The translations under genes were made by a program, and so were the position numbers. DNA of 56,575 nucleotides, taken from contig JBKJJJ010000125.1 in NCBI GenBank assembly GCA_046598045.1, forward strand, positions 1-56,575, read 5' to 3'. The notes beneath the pieces were generated by a model. The model made no database searches, was not told where the DNA came from, and was given only the letters and a program-made list of their open reading frames with translations. The stretch comes from Candidatus Eiseniibacteriota bacterium (lineage in GTDB: Bacteria > Eisenbacteria > RBG-16-71-46 > DASYSL01). Shown piece by piece: positions 1 through 10,070 of the stretch (position 1 is its first letter; each line of letters starts with the position of its first letter).

Positions 1-581
1 GCTTCGGCGAACGCGGCATCCAGGGCAAGATCGTGGCCGCCGAGTGGGCGCGCACGCGCGAGGTCCCGTACTTCGGCATCTGCCTCGGCATGCAGGCCGC
101 GGTCGTCGAGTTCGCGCGCAACGTGTGTGGCTGGCCGGACGCGAACTCGGACGAATTCGCCCCGCACTCGGGCCACAAGGTGATCGACCTGCTCGCCGAC
201 CAGGTCGGGATCGAGCACAAGGGCGGCACGATGCGGCTCGGCAGCTACCGCTGCAACCTCGTCCCGGGCTCGCGCGCGCACCTGGCGTATGGCACGGACG
301 TGATCCACGAGCGCCACCGCCACCGCTACGAGTTCAACAACAAGCTCGGGGCGCAATTGGTGTCGCGCGGCCTCGCGCTCAGCGGCCGCTGCCCGAATCG
401 CGACCTGGTCGAGATCATCGAGGTGCCCGACCATCCGTGGTTCGTGGGGGTCCAGTTCCATCCCGAGCTCAAGAGCCGTCCCGCCGAGCCGCACCCGCTG
501 TTCGTCGCGTTCGTGGCGGCGGCGCTGGCGCGCCGCGAAGCCGGGCGGCCGGACGGCTCCGGAGTGCCGGTCCGCCGATGA
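1..581 (+). CDS. pyrG: CTP synthase, C-terminal glutamine amidotransferase part (5' truncated by window edge)
   Basis: Open frame from base 3 (FGERGIQGK...); GICLGMQ nucleophile, [10 protein letters not shown] and QFHPE motifs. Confidence 0.97.
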   Translation, partial: FGERGIQGKIVAAEWARTREVPYFGICLGMQAAVVEFARNVCGWPDANSDEFAPHSGHKVIDLLADQVGIEHKGGTMRLGSYRCNLVPGSRAHLAYGTDVIHERHRHRYEFNNKLGAQLVSRGLALSGRCPNRDLVEIIEVPDHPWFVGVQFHPELKSRPAEPHPLFVAFVAAALARREAGRPDGSGVPVRR

Positions 582-1447
582 GCGGGGGTCCCCAGCCTGC
601 GCGCGCGGTGACGATCGGCGACGGCACGCGCCAGGCGACGATCGGCGGCGGCGGGCCGCTCGCGGTGCTCGCGGGGCCGTGCGTCGTCGAGTCCGAGCGG
701 CTCGTGCTCGAGACCTGCGCGCAACTCGTCGAGTGGTGCGACGCGCGCGGCTTGCCCCTGGTGTTCAAGTCCTCCTACAAGAAGGCCAACCGTTCCTCGA
801 TCCGCTCCTACACCGGTCCTGGCGACGCCGAGGGCCTCCGGGCGCTCGCGCGCGTGAAGCGCGAGTTCGGCGTGCCGATCGTGACCGACGTGCACGCGGT
901 CGACGAGGTGGGTCCCGCGGCCGAAGTCGCCGACCTCCTGCAAGTGCCCGCGTTCCTGTCGCGCCAGACCGAGCTCCTGGTCGCGTGCGCGCGCTCGGGC
1001 CGCGCGGTGTCGGTCAAGAAGGGCCAGTTCCTCGCGCCCGACGACATGAAGCAGGTGGTCGACAAGCTCGAGTCCGCGGGCGCAAGCGCGATCCTCCTGA
1101 CCGAGCGCGGGGTGACGTTCGGCTACCACAACCTGGTGGTCGACATGCGCGCGCTCGTCCTCATGGCCGACTTCGGCTGGCCCGTCGTGTACGACGTCAC
1201 GCACTCGCTGCAGTTGCCGGGCGGCGAGACCACCGGCGGCGACCGCCGCTTCGCGCGCCCGCTCGCCCGCGCCGCGGTCGCCGTCGGCGTCGACGCGGTG
1301 TTCTTCGAGACCCACCCCGAGCCCGCGCGCGCGCTGTCCGACGCCGCCACCCAATTGCCGCTGGCCGATGTGCCCGCGATGCTCGACGAGCTGGTGGCGG
1401 TGCGCGCGGCGTGGCTCAGCGCAGCGCCGGCCGGGGCGCGCGCGTGA
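578..1447 (+). CDS. kdsA: KDO 8-phosphate synthase
   Basis: [31 protein letters not shown] motifs; ATG overlaps pyrG stop (ATGA). Confidence 0.96.
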   Translation: MSGGPQPARAVTIGDGTRQATIGGGGPLAVLAGPCVVESERLVLETCAQLVEWCDARGLPLVFKSSYKKANRSSIRSYTGPGDAEGLRALARVKREFGVPIVTDVHAVDEVGPAAEVADLLQVPAFLSRQTELLVACARSGRAVSVKKGQFLAPDDMKQVVDKLESAGASAILLTERGVTFGYHNLVVDMRALVLMADFGWPVVYDVTHSLQLPGGETTGGDRRFARPLARAAVAVGVDAVFFETHPEPARALSDAATQLPLADVPAMLDELVAVRAAWLSAAPAGARA

Positions 1448-2010
1448 ACGCGATCGCTCCCTCCGAGGTGCGGCTGGTGGCGTTCGACTCGGACGGCACA
1501 CTCACCGACCGGGGCATCGGGTGGGATACCGACGGTCGCGGGCACCGGCGGTTCGACGTGCGCGACGGGATCGCGATGCAGTGGGCGCAGAAGGCCGGGC
1601 TCCCGGTGGTCGTGATCTCGGGCAAGGATTCGCCGGCCGTCGGCTACCGCCTTGCCGAACTCGGCGTACCCGGCTTCCAGGGCATCCTCGACAAGGTCAC
1701 CTGCCTGACGAAGTTCGCGCAGGAGCACGGCCTGACGCTCGCCCAGTGCGCATTCCTCGGCGACGACCTGCCCGACGTGCCGGCGCTGCGCGCGGTCGGC
1801 TACCCGATGGCGGTCGCGGACGCGCACCCGATCGTGCGCGGAGTCGCGGCGTGGACGAGCCCGTCGGCGGGCGGCTTCGGCGCCGCGCGCGACGCGCTCG
1901 AGCACCTGCTCAAGGCGCGCGGCCTGTGGGCCTCCGTGCTCGCGCGCTACGGCGCGGTCGACCTCGCGAACCTGGAAACGGACAGCGGCGCGGCCCGCCG
2001 CTACGAGTGA
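1444..2010 (+). CDS. kdsC: KDO 8-phosphate phosphatase (HAD family)
   Basis: FDSDGTLTD, FDVRDG, GDDLPD motifs; GTGA overlap; lies between kdsA and kdsD. Confidence 0.92.
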   Translation: MNAIAPSEVRLVAFDSDGTLTDRGIGWDTDGRGHRRFDVRDGIAMQWAQKAGLPVVVISGKDSPAVGYRLAELGVPGFQGILDKVTCLTKFAQEHGLTLAQCAFLGDDLPDVPALRAVGYPMAVADAHPIVRGVAAWTSPSAGGFGAARDALEHLLKARGLWASVLARYGAVDLANLETDSGAARRYE

Positions 2011-2030
2011 GTGCGATGTCCAAGGGAGAG

Positions 2031-3020
2031 ATGAACGTCCAGACCGAAGCGCTCGCACTCGGCCGCGCCGTCCTGCGCGCCGGGGCGGCCGCGCTCGGCG
2101 TCGCCGCGGACCAGCTGTCCGATGCGTTCCCCCGCGCGGTCGCGTTGCTGCACGGGCGCACGGGCAAGGTCGTGGCGTCGGGCGTCGGCAAGAGCGGGTT
2201 GGTCGCGCGGCGCATCGCGGCCACGCTGACCTCGACCGGCACGCCGACGGTCTATCTCCATCCGGTGGACGCGCTGCACGGCGACGTGGGGCTGGTCGAG
2301 CCGGGCGACGTCGCGCTCGTGGTCAGCAAGAGCGGCGCCGGCGCCGAGCTCGAGCCGCTGCTGCCGCTGTTCGCGCGCCTCGGCTGCCCGCTGATCGCGC
2401 TCACGGCGGATCCCGCCTCGCCGCTCGCGCGTGCCGCCGCGATCACGCTCCCGTTCGGCCCGCTCGAGGAGGCCGGCCCGCTGCCCGAGGTGCCGACCAC
2501 CAGCACGCTGGTCTCCCAGGCGCTGGGCGACGCGCTCGCCTGCGCGCTCGCCGCGGCGCGCGGGTTCGAGCCGCGCGACTTCCACTTCCTGCACCCGGGC
2601 GGCGTGCTCGGGCGGCGCGCGCTCCTGACCGTGCGCGACACCATGCACCAGGGCGAGGCGATGCCGGTCGTCGGGCCCGACGAGCCATTGCGCGCCGCGC
2701 TGCTGGAGATCATGGAGAAGCGGCTCGGCCTGACCGCGGTGGTGGGGGACGAGGGCCGCCTGCTCGGTGTGCTGACGGACGGGGACTTGAAGCGCATCCT
2801 GCTCGCGCGCGGCACGGAGGGTTTCTTCGAGACCCGCGTGGCCGACGTGATGAACCCCACCCCGCGCACGATCGGCCCCGACGCGCTCGTCGCCGCGGCC
2901 GTGCGCCACATGGAGGACGACCCCCCGGGTCCGATCACCGCGCTCCTCGTGATCGACGACGACGGGCGACCACTGGGGGTTCTCCACCTCCACGACTGCC
3001 TCAAGCTCGGCGTTCGATAG
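2031..3020 (+). CDS. kdsD: Arabinose 5-phosphate isomerase (KpsF/GutQ; SIS plus 2 CBS domains)
   Basis: GVGKSG, HGDVG, PTTST, HPGG, TDGDLKR; SD AAGGGAG before ATG 2031. Confidence 0.95.
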   Translation: MNVQTEALALGRAVLRAGAAALGVAADQLSDAFPRAVALLHGRTGKVVASGVGKSGLVARRIAATLTSTGTPTVYLHPVDALHGDVGLVEPGDVALVVSKSGAGAELEPLLPLFARLGCPLIALTADPASPLARAAAITLPFGPLEEAGPLPEVPTTSTLVSQALGDALACALAAARGFEPRDFHFLHPGGVLGRRALLTVRDTMHQGEAMPVVGPDEPLRAALLEIMEKRLGLTAVVGDEGRLLGVLTDGDLKRILLARGTEGFFETRVADVMNPTPRTIGPDALVAAAVRHMEDDPPGPITALLVIDDDGRPLGVLHLHDCLKLGVR

Positions 3021-3048
3021 CTCCTGTCGGAGCAGCGCCCGGGCGCCA

Positions 3049-3064
3049 TGGCACGGATCGTGCT
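3049..3064 (+). promoter_or_regulatory. Putative sigma-54 (-24/-12) promoter
   Basis: TGGCACGGATCGTGCT = GG-N10-GC, close to the consensus TGGCAC-N5-TTGCW; intergenic, upstream of lptC-lptB-rpoN. Confidence 0.65.
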
Positions 3065-3072
3065 TTCCTTAC

Positions 3073-3101
3073 TTGAAGAACGCCTATCCCTTTGTTAGCG
3101 T
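3073..3101 (+). promoter_or_regulatory. Putative sigma-70 promoter with extended -10
   Basis: TTGAAG-N17-TAGCGT with TGn before the -10. Confidence 0.5.
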
Positions 3102-3139
3102 CCCGCATGCGTGGCCGTCCCCACGCGCGAGGAGTCTCC

Positions 3140-3778
3140 ATGGATCGAGAGCGGCCGAAGGCGCGCGCACGGGAAGCGGGGCCCGGTATGCCGGGCGCCC
3201 GGGCCCAGCTTGCGTGGGCCACCGGGCTCGCGTTCGGGATGCTCCTGGCCGCGGGTTGCGGCAGCGAGGACCGCGTGGCGCCGCGCCCGACGCAGTCCAC
3301 GCAGGAACTGCCGAGCCAGGAGGTGCGCGACTTCTCGCTCGAGGAATCCGACACCGGGACGCCCGAGTGGATCCTGCGCTCGCGCTACGCCGCGACCTAC
3401 GACGCTCGGGGCGTGATCGTCGCGCGCGGGGTGGCGATCGACTTCTTCGACACCAAGGGCGCGAAGTATTCGCACCTGACCGCGAAGGAGGGCGAGATCA
3501 AGCGCCCATCGAACGACATGGAAGCCAGGGGGAACGTGGTGGTCACGACCACGGACGGCGTGAAGATCCAGACCGAGTCGCTGCGCTTCCTGAACCACGA
3601 ACGCAGGATCGTCTCGGACGCGTACGTGCGGCTGGAGCGCAGGGGAGACGTGGTGACGGGCATCGGGTTCGAGAGCGACCCCAGCCTCGAGCACTTCGTG
3701 CTCAAGCATGAGGTCAAGGCGCAGGTGCAATCGAGCCCGAACGGGGGTCTCAAGTTCCGCCAGCGCGGGGCGCCGTGA
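3140..3778 (+). CDS. lptC: LPS export periplasmic protein LptC (predicted lipoprotein)
   Basis: Hydrophobic stretch ending LAAGC; beta-jellyroll-like ARGNVVV, TESL, VTGIGFESD; between kdsD and lptB; SD GAGGAG. Confidence 0.85.
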   Translation: MDRERPKARAREAGPGMPGARAQLAWATGLAFGMLLAAGCGSEDRVAPRPTQSTQELPSQEVRDFSLEESDTGTPEWILRSRYAATYDARGVIVARGVAIDFFDTKGAKYSHLTAKEGEIKRPSNDMEARGNVVVTTTDGVKIQTESLRFLNHERRIVSDAYVRLERRGDVVTGIGFESDPSLEHFVLKHEVKAQVQSSPNGGLKFRQRGAP

Positions 3779-4500
3779 GCGACCTGCTGGTCGCCGAAGG
3801 GCTGGTCAAGGGCTACGGCAAGCGGCGGGTCGTCGACAACGTGAGCGTGACGGTGCGGCCGGGCGAGGTGGTCGGGTTGCTCGGCCCGAACGGGGCCGGC
3901 AAGACCACGACGTTCTACCTGATCGTCGGCCTGCTCAAGCCGCAGGCGGGGACGATCCGCCTGGGCGACGAGGACCTGACCGACTTTCCGGTCTACCTGC
4001 GCGCCCGGCGAGGGATCGGTTATCTCTCGCAGGAGCCGAGCATCTTCCGGCGCATGACCGTGCGCGAGAACGTGCTGGCGGTGCTCGAGACGCTCGGCAT
4101 CCCGCGCAAGGAGCAGCTCGCGCGGCTCGACGTCCTGCTGGACGAGTTGAATCTCAAGCCGCTGGCCAACCGGCTGGGCAACCAGCTCTCGGGCGGCGAA
4201 CGCCGGCGGGTCGAGATCACGCGCGCGCTCGTGACCGAACCCCGCTTTCTCCTGCTCGACGAGCCGTTCGTCGGGATCGATCCGATCGCCGTCGGAGAGA
4301 TCCAGGACATCGTGCAACGCCTCAAGGCGCGCGGTCTCGGAATGTTGATCACGGACCACAACGTGCGTGAAACGTTGCGTATCACGGATCGCGCCTCCAT
4401 CATGTACCAGGGCCGGATCCTGGTCGAAGGCAGCGCCGAGTTCCTGGCCACGCACCCCGAAGCCCGAAAGTTCTATCTCGGGGAGCGCTTCGCCCTCTGA
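3775..4500 (+). CDS. lptB: LPS export ABC transporter ATP-binding protein
   Basis: GPNGAGKTT, LSGGERRR, LLDEPF, ITDHNVRETL, YLGERF. Confidence 0.97.
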   Translation: MSDLLVAEGLVKGYGKRRVVDNVSVTVRPGEVVGLLGPNGAGKTTTFYLIVGLLKPQAGTIRLGDEDLTDFPVYLRARRGIGYLSQEPSIFRRMTVRENVLAVLETLGIPRKEQLARLDVLLDELNLKPLANRLGNQLSGGERRRVEITRALVTEPRFLLLDEPFVGIDPIAVGEIQDIVQRLKARGLGMLITDHNVRETLRITDRASIMYQGRILVEGSAEFLATHPEARKFYLGERFAL

Positions 4501-4525
4501 CCGGTCGGCATACGAGGATCGCATC

Positions 4526-5968
4526 ATGGAGATGAAACACGGACTGCACCTGAGCCAACGGCCGGCGCTGATCATGACGCAGCGCCTGCAGCAGGCGCTC
4601 AAGCTCCTGCAGGTGCCGACGCTCGAGTTGCAGCAGATCCTCAAGAACGAGATCGTCCAGAACCCGCTGCTCGAGGAGGTCGACGACATCGTCGAGAGCG
4701 AGGACCAGGCGAAACTGGACGGGGAGGAGAACCCGCTCGAGCAGCTCGAGCGCGAGCCCGAGGCCGAGCCCAACGCGACCGAGGGCGACGCCAAGGAAGA
4801 GATCGACTGGACCGACTTCATGCAGGACGACTTCGACCGCTCCTACATCCCCCAGTCGGAGGAGAACGCCGAGTTCTTCGAGAAGGTCCCGGTCCGTCGC
4901 GAGACGCTGTCGGAGCACATGACGAACGACCTCCACCTGCTCGCGCTCACCGAGGAGGAGCTCGCGCTCGGGGAGGTGCTGATCGGCTCGCTCGACGACC
5001 GCGGCTACCTCGCGACCTCGCTCGAGGACCTGTCGGAACTGACCGGCGTCCCGGTCCCGGAGATCGAGCGCGTGCTCATGATCGTGCAGACGCTCGATCC
5101 CCCCGGGGTCGGCGCGCGCAACCTGCGCGAGTGCCTGCTCATCCAGATCCGCGCGAAGGGCCAGGAGGGCGGGCTCGCCTGGCGCATCGTCGACGAGCAA
5201 TTCGAGCACTTGAAGAACAACAAGCGCGCCGACATCGCGCGCGCTCTCAAGGTCACGCCCGAGCAGGTGCAGGAGGCGATCGACTCCTTGAGCCAGCTCT
5301 CGCCCAAGCCCGGCCTCGAGGTCTCGGACGAGGAGGTCAAGTACGTCGTCCCCGACCTGCTGGTTGAGCGCGTGGACGAACAGTACGTGGTCCTGCTCAA
5401 TGACAAGAACGTGCCGCGCCTGCGCATCAACCAGGCGTACGCCGCCGTGCTCAAGGGCGAGCGCAAGGTCGACTCCACCGAGCGGGACTACATCAAGGGC
5501 AAGCTCAACTCCGCGCGCTGGCTGATCCAGACCATCGAGCAGCGCCGCCGGACGATGATCAAGGTCATGACCTGCATCATCTCCGAGCAGCGCGAGTTCT
5601 TCGACAAGGGCATCCAGTTCCTGCGCCCGCTCACGCTGCAGCAGGTGGCACGCCAGATCGGCATGCACGAGTCCACCGTCAGTCGCGTGACCACGAACAA
5701 GTACGTGCAGACGCCGCGCGGCGTGTTCGAGCTCAAGTTCTTCTTCTCCAGCGGTCTCACGACCGATGACGGCGAGGATGTCTCCGCCAAGACGGCGCGT
5801 GACCGCATCAAGAATCTCATCGCCGAGGAGGATCCGAAGGATCCGCATTCCGACCAGAAGATCGCGGAGGTGCTCCACCTGGACGGCCTGAACATCGCCC
5901 GCCGCACGGTGGCCAAGTACCGCGAACAGCTCAAGATCCTGCCCGCCCGCTTCCGCCGGCGAGTCTAG
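4526..5968 (+). CDS. rpoN: RNA polymerase sigma-54 factor
   Basis: Gln/Leu-rich N-terminus, HESTVSR HTH, RpoN box ARRTVAKYRE. Confidence 0.98.
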   Translation: MEMKHGLHLSQRPALIMTQRLQQALKLLQVPTLELQQILKNEIVQNPLLEEVDDIVESEDQAKLDGEENPLEQLEREPEAEPNATEGDAKEEIDWTDFMQDDFDRSYIPQSEENAEFFEKVPVRRETLSEHMTNDLHLLALTEEELALGEVLIGSLDDRGYLATSLEDLSELTGVPVPEIERVLMIVQTLDPPGVGARNLRECLLIQIRAKGQEGGLAWRIVDEQFEHLKNNKRADIARALKVTPEQVQEAIDSLSQLSPKPGLEVSDEEVKYVVPDLLVERVDEQYVVLLNDKNVPRLRINQAYAAVLKGERKVDSTERDYIKGKLNSARWLIQTIEQRRRTMIKVMTCIISEQREFFDKGIQFLRPLTLQQVARQIGMHESTVSRVTTNKYVQTPRGVFELKFFFSSGLTTDDGEDVSAKTARDRIKNLIAEEDPKDPHSDQKIAEVLHLDGLNIARRTVAKYREQLKILPARFRRRV

Positions 5969-6012
5969 TCCCAAGGCCTCCACGCGGGTCCAACGCCCCG
6001 GGGGGACACGTC

Positions 6013-6669
6013 ATGCAGATCCACACCACCTGCCGCCACACCAAGCTCACGCCGGCGCTCAAGCGCTTCCTCGAGGCGCGGCTGGCGCGGCTGGAACGCT
6101 TCACCTTCGTGCGCGAGGCGCATGTCGTGCTCGAGACCGCGAAGTATCGCCAGATCGCCGAGGTCCAGCTCAAGACCAGAACCAAGGAACTGGTCTGCCG
6201 CGAGGAATCGCGCGAGATGACGATCTCGATCGAGAGCGTGGTCGCGCGCCTCGAGCGCCAACTCAAGAAGCTCAAGGAGAAGAAGACCACCCAGCGCCTG
6301 CACGACGGCACGCGCACGAATGGCGACGAGGCGCTGGGCGCGGTGCGCTCGGCGGCCCGTGCCGCGCTGCGCGGTTCGGCGGAGCCGGTGGTCAAGCCGA
6401 AGACGGGGGCGAAGGCCGCCGCCGCGCAACGGGCCGCCGCGGCCCTCGAGGCGGCCGAGGACGAGACGGAGCTCCCGCGCGTGATTGCGGCGAGGCCGCA
6501 CGCCAAGCCGCTCTCGGTCGAGGAGGCCGTGCTCGAGCTGGGCGGAAACGGCGCCGAGTTCCTGGCGTTCATCAATGCCGACACCGAGGAGTTGAACGTG
6601 CTCTACCGGCGCAAGGACGGGGACCTCGGATGGATCGAGCGCGCCGGCCGTCGGCGCTCCCGCGGCTGA
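6013..6669 (+). CDS. hpf: Ribosome hibernation promoting factor (long HPF/RaiA)
   Basis: Follows rpoN; LERQLKKLKEK; C-terminal KPLSVEEA...NVLYRRKDG domain. Confidence 0.92.
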   Translation: MQIHTTCRHTKLTPALKRFLEARLARLERFTFVREAHVVLETAKYRQIAEVQLKTRTKELVCREESREMTISIESVVARLERQLKKLKEKKTTQRLHDGTRTNGDEALGAVRSAARAALRGSAEPVVKPKTGAKAAAAQRAAAALEAAEDETELPRVIAARPHAKPLSVEEAVLELGGNGAEFLAFINADTEELNVLYRRKDGDLGWIERAGRRRSRG

Positions 6670-6679
6670 GGCGCGTCCG

Positions 6680-7648
6680 ATGCCGCCGTTGACCGCCGCG
6701 CGCCTGTTCGAGGAGCAACAGCCGGAGCTCGAGCTCGAGATCCTGACGCAATCGCTGACCTCGCGCTGCGATGTCACGACCTCGGATCTCAACCGCCCGG
6801 GCATGGCGCTCATGGGGTTCGTCGAGAACTTTCTCCCCGAGCGCATCCAGATTCTCGGGCAGACCGAGCTCAGCTACCTCGCGCAGTTGTCCGCAAACGC
6901 GCAGCGCGAGGCGGTCGACCGCCTGTTCCAGTTCACGATGCCGTGCATCATGGTGGCGAAGGCGCTCGACGTGCCGCCCTACCTGCTCGAGCGCGCGAAC
7001 GCGCTCGAGTGCCCGGTGATGCGCACGCCGCAGTCGACCACGCCGTTCATCCACTCGCTGACCGCCTACCTCGACGCGGTGTTCTCCGAGTCCAAGACCG
7101 TGCATGGCTCGCTGGTCGACGTGTACGGCGTCGGGCTGCTGCTCACCGGCCAGAGCGGGATCGGCAAGAGCGAGTGCGCGCTCGACCTCGTCGAGCGTGG
7201 CCACCGCCTGGTGGCGGACGACGCGGTGCAGGTCACGCGCCGCCACGGCAACGTGCTGATCGGCACGGGCAATGCGCTGCTCCGGCACCACATGGAGATC
7301 CGCGGCATCGGCATCATCGATGTCCAGGGCATCTTCGGGATCCGCTCGATCCGCGTGCAGAAGCGCGTCGAGGTGCAGTGCGACCTCCGCGTCTGGGACG
7401 CGGAGCACGAGTACGACCGCACCGGCCTCGACCAGCAGAAGACCTCGATCCTGGGGCTCGAGATCCCGCTCGTGATCATCCCGATCGTGCCGGGCAAGAA
7501 CATCACGGTCATCGCCGAGGTGGTCGCGCTCAACTACCTGACGCGCGCCTACGGCTACCACCCCGCCGAGAAACTCAACCGCCACCTGCAGGAGATGATG
7601 AAACGCAAGAGCGCGGCGCGCGCATGGGTTCGGGAGGACACCGAGTGA
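6680..7648 (+). CDS. hprK: HPr kinase/phosphorylase
   Basis: GQSGIGKSECALDL, GHRLVADD, MEIRGIGII; N-terminal domain present. Confidence 0.97.
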   Translation: MPPLTAARLFEEQQPELELEILTQSLTSRCDVTTSDLNRPGMALMGFVENFLPERIQILGQTELSYLAQLSANAQREAVDRLFQFTMPCIMVAKALDVPPYLLERANALECPVMRTPQSTTPFIHSLTAYLDAVFSESKTVHGSLVDVYGVGLLLTGQSGIGKSECALDLVERGHRLVADDAVQVTRRHGNVLIGTGNALLRHHMEIRGIGIIDVQGIFGIRSIRVQKRVEVQCDLRVWDAEHEYDRTGLDQQKTSILGLEIPLVIIPIVPGKNITVIAEVVALNYLTRAYGYHPAEKLNRHLQEMMKRKSAARAWVREDTE

Positions 7649-8064
7649 GCCGTCTCCCCGCGTTGCTGGTGACGCATGGACGGCTCGGCGACGCGCTGCT
7701 CGAGGCCGCCGAGCGCATCGTCGGCCCGCTCGAGGGCGTGGCCGTGCTGTCGAACGACGGGCTCTCGCGCGACGCGCTCACGCAGGCGGTGCGCGAGCGC
7801 GTCATGGCGTTCGGCCCGGGCGGCGGGCTGCTGTTCGTGGACGTGGCCGGCGGCTCGTGCGCGCAGGCGGCGCTCGGGGTGGCCGCGCGCGAGGCCGAGG
7901 GCCCGACGCTCGTGATCACGGGCGTGAACTTGCCGATGATGCTCGACTTCGCGCATCACCGCAGTGACCTCGATCCGCGAGCGCTGGCGACCCGCCTCGC
8001 CGACAAGGGGCAGGCCGCCGTGGTGGTCTTCGAGGGGCGCCCCGCGGCGGGCCCACCGGCTTGA
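7645..8064 (+). CDS. PTS mannose-family EIIA
   Basis: LVTHG phospho-His, DVAGGS, TGVNLPMML. Confidence 0.9.
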   Translation: MSRLPALLVTHGRLGDALLEAAERIVGPLEGVAVLSNDGLSRDALTQAVRERVMAFGPGGGLLFVDVAGGSCAQAALGVAAREAEGPTLVITGVNLPMMLDFAHHRSDLDPRALATRLADKGQAAVVVFEGRPAAGPPA

Positions 8065-8558
8065 GCCTCGCCCTCGTTCGCGTGGACGATCGCCTGATCC
8101 ACGGCCAGGTGTTGCTCGGCTGGGGACCTGTGCTCGAGCCCGCGCGCTACGTGGTGGTGGATGACGGCATGGCGGCCGATCCATTCGAGCGCGCCCTGTT
8201 GGAGGCCAGCGCCGCCGGGACGACGACGGAGGTTCTCGCGCTCGAGCCCGCGGCGGCCCGTCTCGCGGCGCTCGCGTTCGCCCCCGAGCCGACGATCGTG
8301 CTCGTGCGCGGCCTGCCCGAGGCGGCGCGCCTCGTCGCGCTGCTCGCTCGCGCCGGCGCTGCCCCGGCGGCGGTCAACCTCGGCGGCCTCCACTACGCGC
8401 CGGGCAAGACGCGCGCCCACGACGCGGTCTACCTCGATCACGCAGACCGCGCCGCGCTCGCCGCGCTCGACGGCCTCGGCGTGCGCGTGGTGGTGCAGGA
8501 CGTGCCGGCAACGCGCCCGTTCGACGCCCCGCTCGCCTGGCGCGAGGAGCCCGCGTGA
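8061..8558 (+). CDS. PTS mannose-family EIIB
   Basis: RVDDRLIHGQV, VNLGG; TTG start overlapping upstream stop. Confidence 0.93.
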   Translation: MSLALVRVDDRLIHGQVLLGWGPVLEPARYVVVDDGMAADPFERALLEASAAGTTTEVLALEPAAARLAALAFAPEPTIVLVRGLPEAARLVALLARAGAAPAAVNLGGLHYAPGKTRAHDAVYLDHADRAALAALDGLGVRVVVQDVPATRPFDAPLAWREEPA

Positions 8559-9265
8559 GCGCTCCGCCCGCGGTCTTACTGACCCTGTTGTGGGGGGGCA
8601 TCGTGGCGGCGGACAGCGCGGCGTTCCTCCAGCTCATGTTGTCGCAACCGTTCGTCGCCGGGGCGGTGACCGGCGCGCTCTGGGGCCACACCGCGCTCGG
8701 CTGCGAGCTCGGCGCGATCCTGCAACTGTTCGCGCTCGGCGTCCTGCCGGTCGGCGGCCGGCCGCCCGAGGACTTCCCCGTCGGCACGGTCGTCGGCGTC
8801 GCGACGGCGGCGATCCTGACGGGCGTGGACCGGGTGGCTTCGGCGCAGGGCGGGCCGCTCCTGTTCGGCCTGTTCGCTGCGTTCGTCACCGCGCTCGCCG
8901 GGCGAAGTGTCCTGGTCTGGCTCCGCCACCGCAACGAGCGCATCGCGCGCTGGGCCGAGCAGGAGCTCGCCGCCGGCCACCTGTCCGCGCTCTCGCGCGC
9001 GCAGTGGGCGGGCGTGGCGCAGACGTTCGCGCTCGGCGTGGCATGGACCGCCTTCGCGCTCACGGTGTTCGCGTTCCTGGGCGAGGCGCTGTTCACGCGC
9101 ACCGGCGTCGCGTTCGGGCGGGCGTGGCAGGTCGGTTCGCCTTTGGTGTGGGGCTTCGGCATCGGCTCGGTCGCGCGCGGCCTCGCGCGCGGGCAAAGGG
9201 CGCGCCTCGTGTTCTGGTGCGCGCTGGTCGCGTTCCTCGCGCTGCGCCTGTGGGCGGCCGCGTGA
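8555..9265 (+). CDS. PTS mannose-family EIIC
   Basis: Hydrophobic; MLSQPFVAG...GAILQL...PVGG..P.D pattern. Confidence 0.85.
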   Translation: MSAPPAVLLTLLWGGIVAADSAAFLQLMLSQPFVAGAVTGALWGHTALGCELGAILQLFALGVLPVGGRPPEDFPVGTVVGVATAAILTGVDRVASAQGGPLLFGLFAAFVTALAGRSVLVWLRHRNERIARWAEQELAAGHLSALSRAQWAGVAQTFALGVAWTAFALTVFAFLGEALFTRTGVAFGRAWQVGSPLVWGFGIGSVARGLARGQRARLVFWCALVAFLALRLWAAA

Positions 9266-10068
9266 GCCCGCTCGAGTCCGGCGTGCCTGCGTCCGAGGCG
9301 CCGCCGCCCGCCCGCTCGCTCGGGGCGGGCACGCTGTTCGGTATGTTCACGCGCCTGCTGCTCCTGCAGGCGGTGTGGAACTACGAGCGCATGCAGGGGA
9401 TCGGCTTCGCGCATGCACTCGCGCCGGCCGCGCGAAAGTTCGCCCGCGACGACGCCGAGGCGGCGCGCTCGCTGGTGCCGCAAGCCGGGTACTTCAACAC
9501 GCATCCGGTCATGGCCGCGGTCGCGGTCGGCGTCGTGGCGGACCAGCTCGAGCGCCGCGCTCGCGGCGAGGCCGCGCTCGACGACGCCGGGCTCACGCGC
9601 GTCAAGCAGGCGCTTGGGTCGTCGCTCGCGGCGATGGGGGACCCGCTGTTCTGGAACGCCGTGCGTCCGCTCCTGGCGCTCACCGCCGTCTACGGCTGGC
9701 GCGACGACCGGAGCTGGCTGGGGGCGCTGACCCTGGTCGCGGGCTACAATACGTTTGCGCTCGGCTACCGCCTGCGCGGACTGTCCCAGGGCTATGCGCG
9801 GGGTCTGTCGTACGTGGCGCAACTGTCGCGCCGATTGGGCCCGATGACGGGCGGCCTCAGGACGCTCGCCGCCGTCGTGGCCGCGCTCGTGCTCGCCACC
9901 GTGCTCGTGCCGGCGGGCGGGACGCCGCCGCGCCAGGCGCTGATCGGGTTGGGCGGCGTGGCGCTCGGGTTCCTCGGCTTCGGGGTCGCACGGCTCGGCC
10001 CCGGGGAGTGGGGTCTCGCGCTCGTGCTCGCCGTGCTGGCGTGGGCCACGATCGGGCCGGGGTTCTGA
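9262..10068 (+). CDS. PTS mannose-family EIID
   Basis: QAVWNYERMQGIGF, YFNTHP, LAAMGDPLFW. Confidence 0.92.
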   Translation: MSPLESGVPASEAPPPARSLGAGTLFGMFTRLLLLQAVWNYERMQGIGFAHALAPAARKFARDDAEAARSLVPQAGYFNTHPVMAAVAVGVVADQLERRARGEAALDDAGLTRVKQALGSSLAAMGDPLFWNAVRPLLALTAVYGWRDDRSWLGALTLVAGYNTFALGYRLRGLSQGYARGLSYVAQLSRRLGPMTGGLRTLAAVVAALVLATVLVPAGGTPPRQALIGLGGVALGFLGFGVARLGPGEWGLALVLAVLAWATIGPGF

Positions 10069-10070
10069 GC

